64,000 bases of DNA from NCBI GenBank assembly GCA_965277405.1, contig OZ255726.1:608001-672000 (forward strand). The letters are read 5' to 3'. Both the position numbers and the translations under genes were made by a program. Positions 61,612 through 64,000 of the stretch are shown here, one piece after another (positions within the stretch are counted from its first letter, which is position 1; each line of letters begins with the position of its first letter). Below the pieces are notes generated by a model that was not told where the DNA came from, searched no databases, and saw nothing but the letters and a program-made list of their open reading frames with translations. This stretch comes from Gammaproteobacteria bacterium. Its GTDB lineage: Bacteria; Pseudomonadota; Gammaproteobacteria; G965277405.

Positions 61612-62592
61612 ATGAAATTTACTAAATTAACCCTCGCAGCAATGCTGCTTGCTACCAGTATTGTTGCTCCTAGTTGGGGCTTTGAACCTGAAAATCCAGA
61701 ATGTATTGCCCCAGCTGATGCTGGTGGCGGGTGGGACTTTACCTGCCGTCAAGTAGGAAAAACGTTGTATGACCTTGGTTTAATACCTACTGTAATGCAA
61801 GTGACCAATCGCTCTGGTGGCGGTGGTGGTGTGGCGTATGCAGAAGTAGCCAATAAAAGAAATGATGACGACAACCTGATCGTTGCTGCAAGTGCCGCCA
61901 CTGCTACTCGTTTAGCGCAGGGAGCATACCCTGGCAACACTATGGCTGACATGCGCTGGATTGGCGCGATCGGCGCAGATTACGGCGTAATCGCAGTTGC
62001 GGCGAATAGCGAGATTACTTCACTTACCGCGCTGTTTGCTGCGATTAAAGCCGACCCTGCGTCGATCAGTTTCGCCGGTGGGTCCGCAGTTGGTGGCTGG
62101 GATCACCTCAAGGTATTATTACTCGCGCAGAAAATTGGTGTCAACAACGTCCGCAAGATTAAATACGTTGCCTTTGATGGTGGCGGTGAAGCAGTAGCAC
62201 AAATTCTGGCTGGATCAGTGCAAGCATTCACCGGTGATGTATCTGAAGTGCTTGGCTTTATGGAGTCTGGTGACTTAAGGGCAATTGCGGTTATGAGCCC
62301 AGTAAGATTGAGCGGGGCATTGGCGGCAGTGGCAACAGCCAAAGAGCAAGGAATAGATGTTATTGGGGCGAATTGGCGTGGGTTTTATGCGCCAGGAAAA
62401 ATGTCAGCCGCGGCGTATACGTATTGGAGTAAACAGATTCACGCTATGTATGCAACTCCACAGTGGCAAACGGTGATGAGTAATAATTCTCTGGCACCGC
62501 TTGATCTAACAGGAGCAGAGTTTGAGGCATTTGTGGCGGAGAGTATTGTAAGTATTGCGCAGCTTTCAAAAGATATTGGTTTGATTCGTTAA
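61612..62592 (+). CDS. tctC: Tripartite tricarboxylate transporter substrate-binding protein
   Basis: Signal peptide, PADAGGGWDFTCR, GGGGG, FDGGGEA, NWRGFY; RBS GGAGG. Confidence 0.9.
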   Translation: MKFTKLTLAAMLLATSIVAPSWGFEPENPECIAPADAGGGWDFTCRQVGKTLYDLGLIPTVMQVTNRSGGGGGVAYAEVANKRNDDDNLIVAASAATATRLAQGAYPGNTMADMRWIGAIGADYGVIAVAANSEITSLTALFAAIKADPASISFAGGSAVGGWDHLKVLLLAQKIGVNNVRKIKYVAFDGGGEAVAQILAGSVQAFTGDVSEVLGFMESGDLRAIAVMSPVRLSGALAAVATAKEQGIDVIGANWRGFYAPGKMSAAAYTYWSKQIHAMYATPQWQTVMSNNSLAPLDLTGAEFEAFVAESIVSIAQLSKDIGLIR

Positions 62593-62656
62593 GGCGACAT
62601 GTATATCTGGTTGAAATTTGCATTGACAGCAGCTGTGGATCAGGTGTGGAGCAGGT

Positions 62657-63088
62657 ATGACTGACCGCATTTTTGGAGTCATTATTATAGTGGTTTCATT
62701 GCTGTTTGCCTGGGGTGCGTCACTGACGCATGAAAGCTTTATTCAAGACCCTGTTGGACCAAAACTATTTCCATACATTTTGGCAGGGCTCGGAACATTG
62801 TTTGGCGCATTTATCGTCTTGCGACCAGATGAAAACCCACGTTGGCCAAACCGTGCTGGTGGCTTTGAGATTGGCGCAGCAGTATTGGCAATGTGTATGT
62901 ATACTGCATCGCTGGAGATGATAGGGTTTGTCATAGCCACGATACTTACCGCAATGTATTTTGCATGGCGGTTTGGTGCAACTGCAAAGGGCGCATTGCT
63001 ATCAGGGCTGCTGATTTCATTTGGCTTGTACGCAGTGTTTCACTTATTGCTAGGACTATCGTTGGCTAAAGGTCCATTTGGGTTTTAA
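62657..63088 (+). CDS. tctB: TTT small membrane subunit
   Basis: DPVGPKLFP, 4-5 TM segments, between tctC and tctA. Confidence 0.85.
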   Translation: MTDRIFGVIIIVVSLLFAWGASLTHESFIQDPVGPKLFPYILAGLGTLFGAFIVLRPDENPRWPNRAGGFEIGAAVLAMCMYTASLEMIGFVIATILTAMYFAWRFGATAKGALLSGLLISFGLYAVFHLLLGLSLAKGPFGF

Positions 63089-63102
63089 ACAAGGTTAGGA
63101 TT

Positions 63103-64000
63103 ATGGATTCGCTTGCATTACTTGTTGATGGGTTTGCCGTCGCGCTGACATTTCAAAATATTTTGCTTGCCCTCGTAGGCTGCGTCCTCGGCACAGTTAT
63201 TGGAGCATTACCAGGGCTTGGACCAGCGAATGGCGTAGCGATACTGATTCCATTAGTCTTTTCGCTGGGGCTTGATGCTGCGGCTGCGATGATTTTGTTG
63301 TCCTCGGTGTATTATGGTGCGATGTACGGCGGGCGTATATCTTCAATTTTATTGAATATTCCTGGTGACGAGCCGGCGATGATGACAACGCTGGATGGAT
63401 ATCCAATGACCCAACAGGGCAGGGCTGGCGAAGCCTTGTTTATTTCTGGTGTTGCAAGTTTCTTTGGGGCGTTTTTTGCTACATGGGGCTTGGTGTTGTT
63501 TGCGCCACTATTGGTAAAACTTGCCTTGCTGTTTGGACCAGCCGAATATCTAGCATTGTTCGTGTTAGCGTTCGCAACCTTGGGGGGAATATCTTCAAAA
63601 AACCAAGCAAAAGCAGGTCTGGCTGCGATTATAGGGCTGGGTATCGCCATAGTTGGTGTCGATGGGCAAACTGGTGTACCCCGGCTCTCGTTTGGTAATG
63701 TGTATTTTTATGATGGCATTGATTTCTTAGTTGCAATCGTCGGGATGTTCGCGTTGAGCGAAGTATTTATGTTTCTTGAAGACAGAACCGCGGCGATCAA
63801 AAGCAAGCCTGTCCCAACGATTGGCAAGATATTACCGAGCAGAAAAACCATTTTTCGAACGCTACGTACCATGTCTAGAGGGACAGTCCTTGGATTTATT
63901 GCAGGAGTACTGCCTGGCGCGGGGGCATCGCTTGGGTCATTTATTGCCTACTCAATTGAGAAGCGGTTTTTCGATAAAAAGCACACTTTTGGAACAGGTG
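63103..64000 (+). CDS. tctA: TTT large membrane subunit (3' end outside window)
   Basis: ATG 63103: MDSLALLVDGF...GALPGLGPANG...YYGAMYGG...NIPGD...GVLPGAGA; missing from the ORF track because it runs off the edge. Confidence 0.92.
   Translation, partial: MDSLALLVDGFAVALTFQNILLALVGCVLGTVIGALPGLGPANGVAILIPLVFSLGLDAAAAMILLSSVYYGAMYGGRISSILLNIPGDEPAMMTTLDGYPMTQQGRAGEALFISGVASFFGAFFATWGLVLFAPLLVKLALLFGPAEYLALFVLAFATLGGISSKNQAKAGLAAIIGLGIAIVGVDGQTGVPRLSFGNVYFYDGIDFLVAIVGMFALSEVFMFLEDRTAAIKSKPVPTIGKILPSRKTIFRTLRTMSRGTVLGFIAGVLPGAGASLGSFIAYSIEKRFFDKKHTFGTG

Overview
Bacterial chromosomal window (housekeeping genes look gamma-proteobacterial; many transport/catabolic genes resemble alpha-proteobacterial ones). 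(1) Bases 1-17625 are the 5' part of one giant minus-strand lipoprotein gene (>=5875 codons, runs off the left edge, absent from the ORF track) built of ~60 mosaic, two-Cys Ig-like (He_PIG-type) repeats; the many plus-strand ORFs there are its antisense shadows. (2) 17.6-37.5 kb: decayed DNA with an hsdM fragment, a potABCD-like ABC transporter, comEA, frcBCAK, msrA, glnE, an atypical DapA-family gene, a frameshifted IS5-family element, a decayed IS1106-like element and a family of ~290-bp MITEs that share the IS5 terminal repeats. (3) 37.5-45.6 kb: a tightly packed can-birA-coaX-SPOR-terC-hemC-spoT-dacB run ending in tRNA-Ser(GGA). (4) 46.2-64 kb: a catabolic region with nagA, an inositol ABC transporter, iolD, iolE, three Gfo/Idh/MocA dehydrogenases and an RpiR regulator. 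iolB/iolC/iolJ/iolA are absent from the cluster, and an aldehyde dehydrogenase, an HpcH aldolase and an IlvD/Edd dehydratase are present instead. This suggests a non-phosphorylative inositol degradation route (inference). A tctCBA transporter follows. Family assignments come from motifs and remembered homologues, not from database searches.
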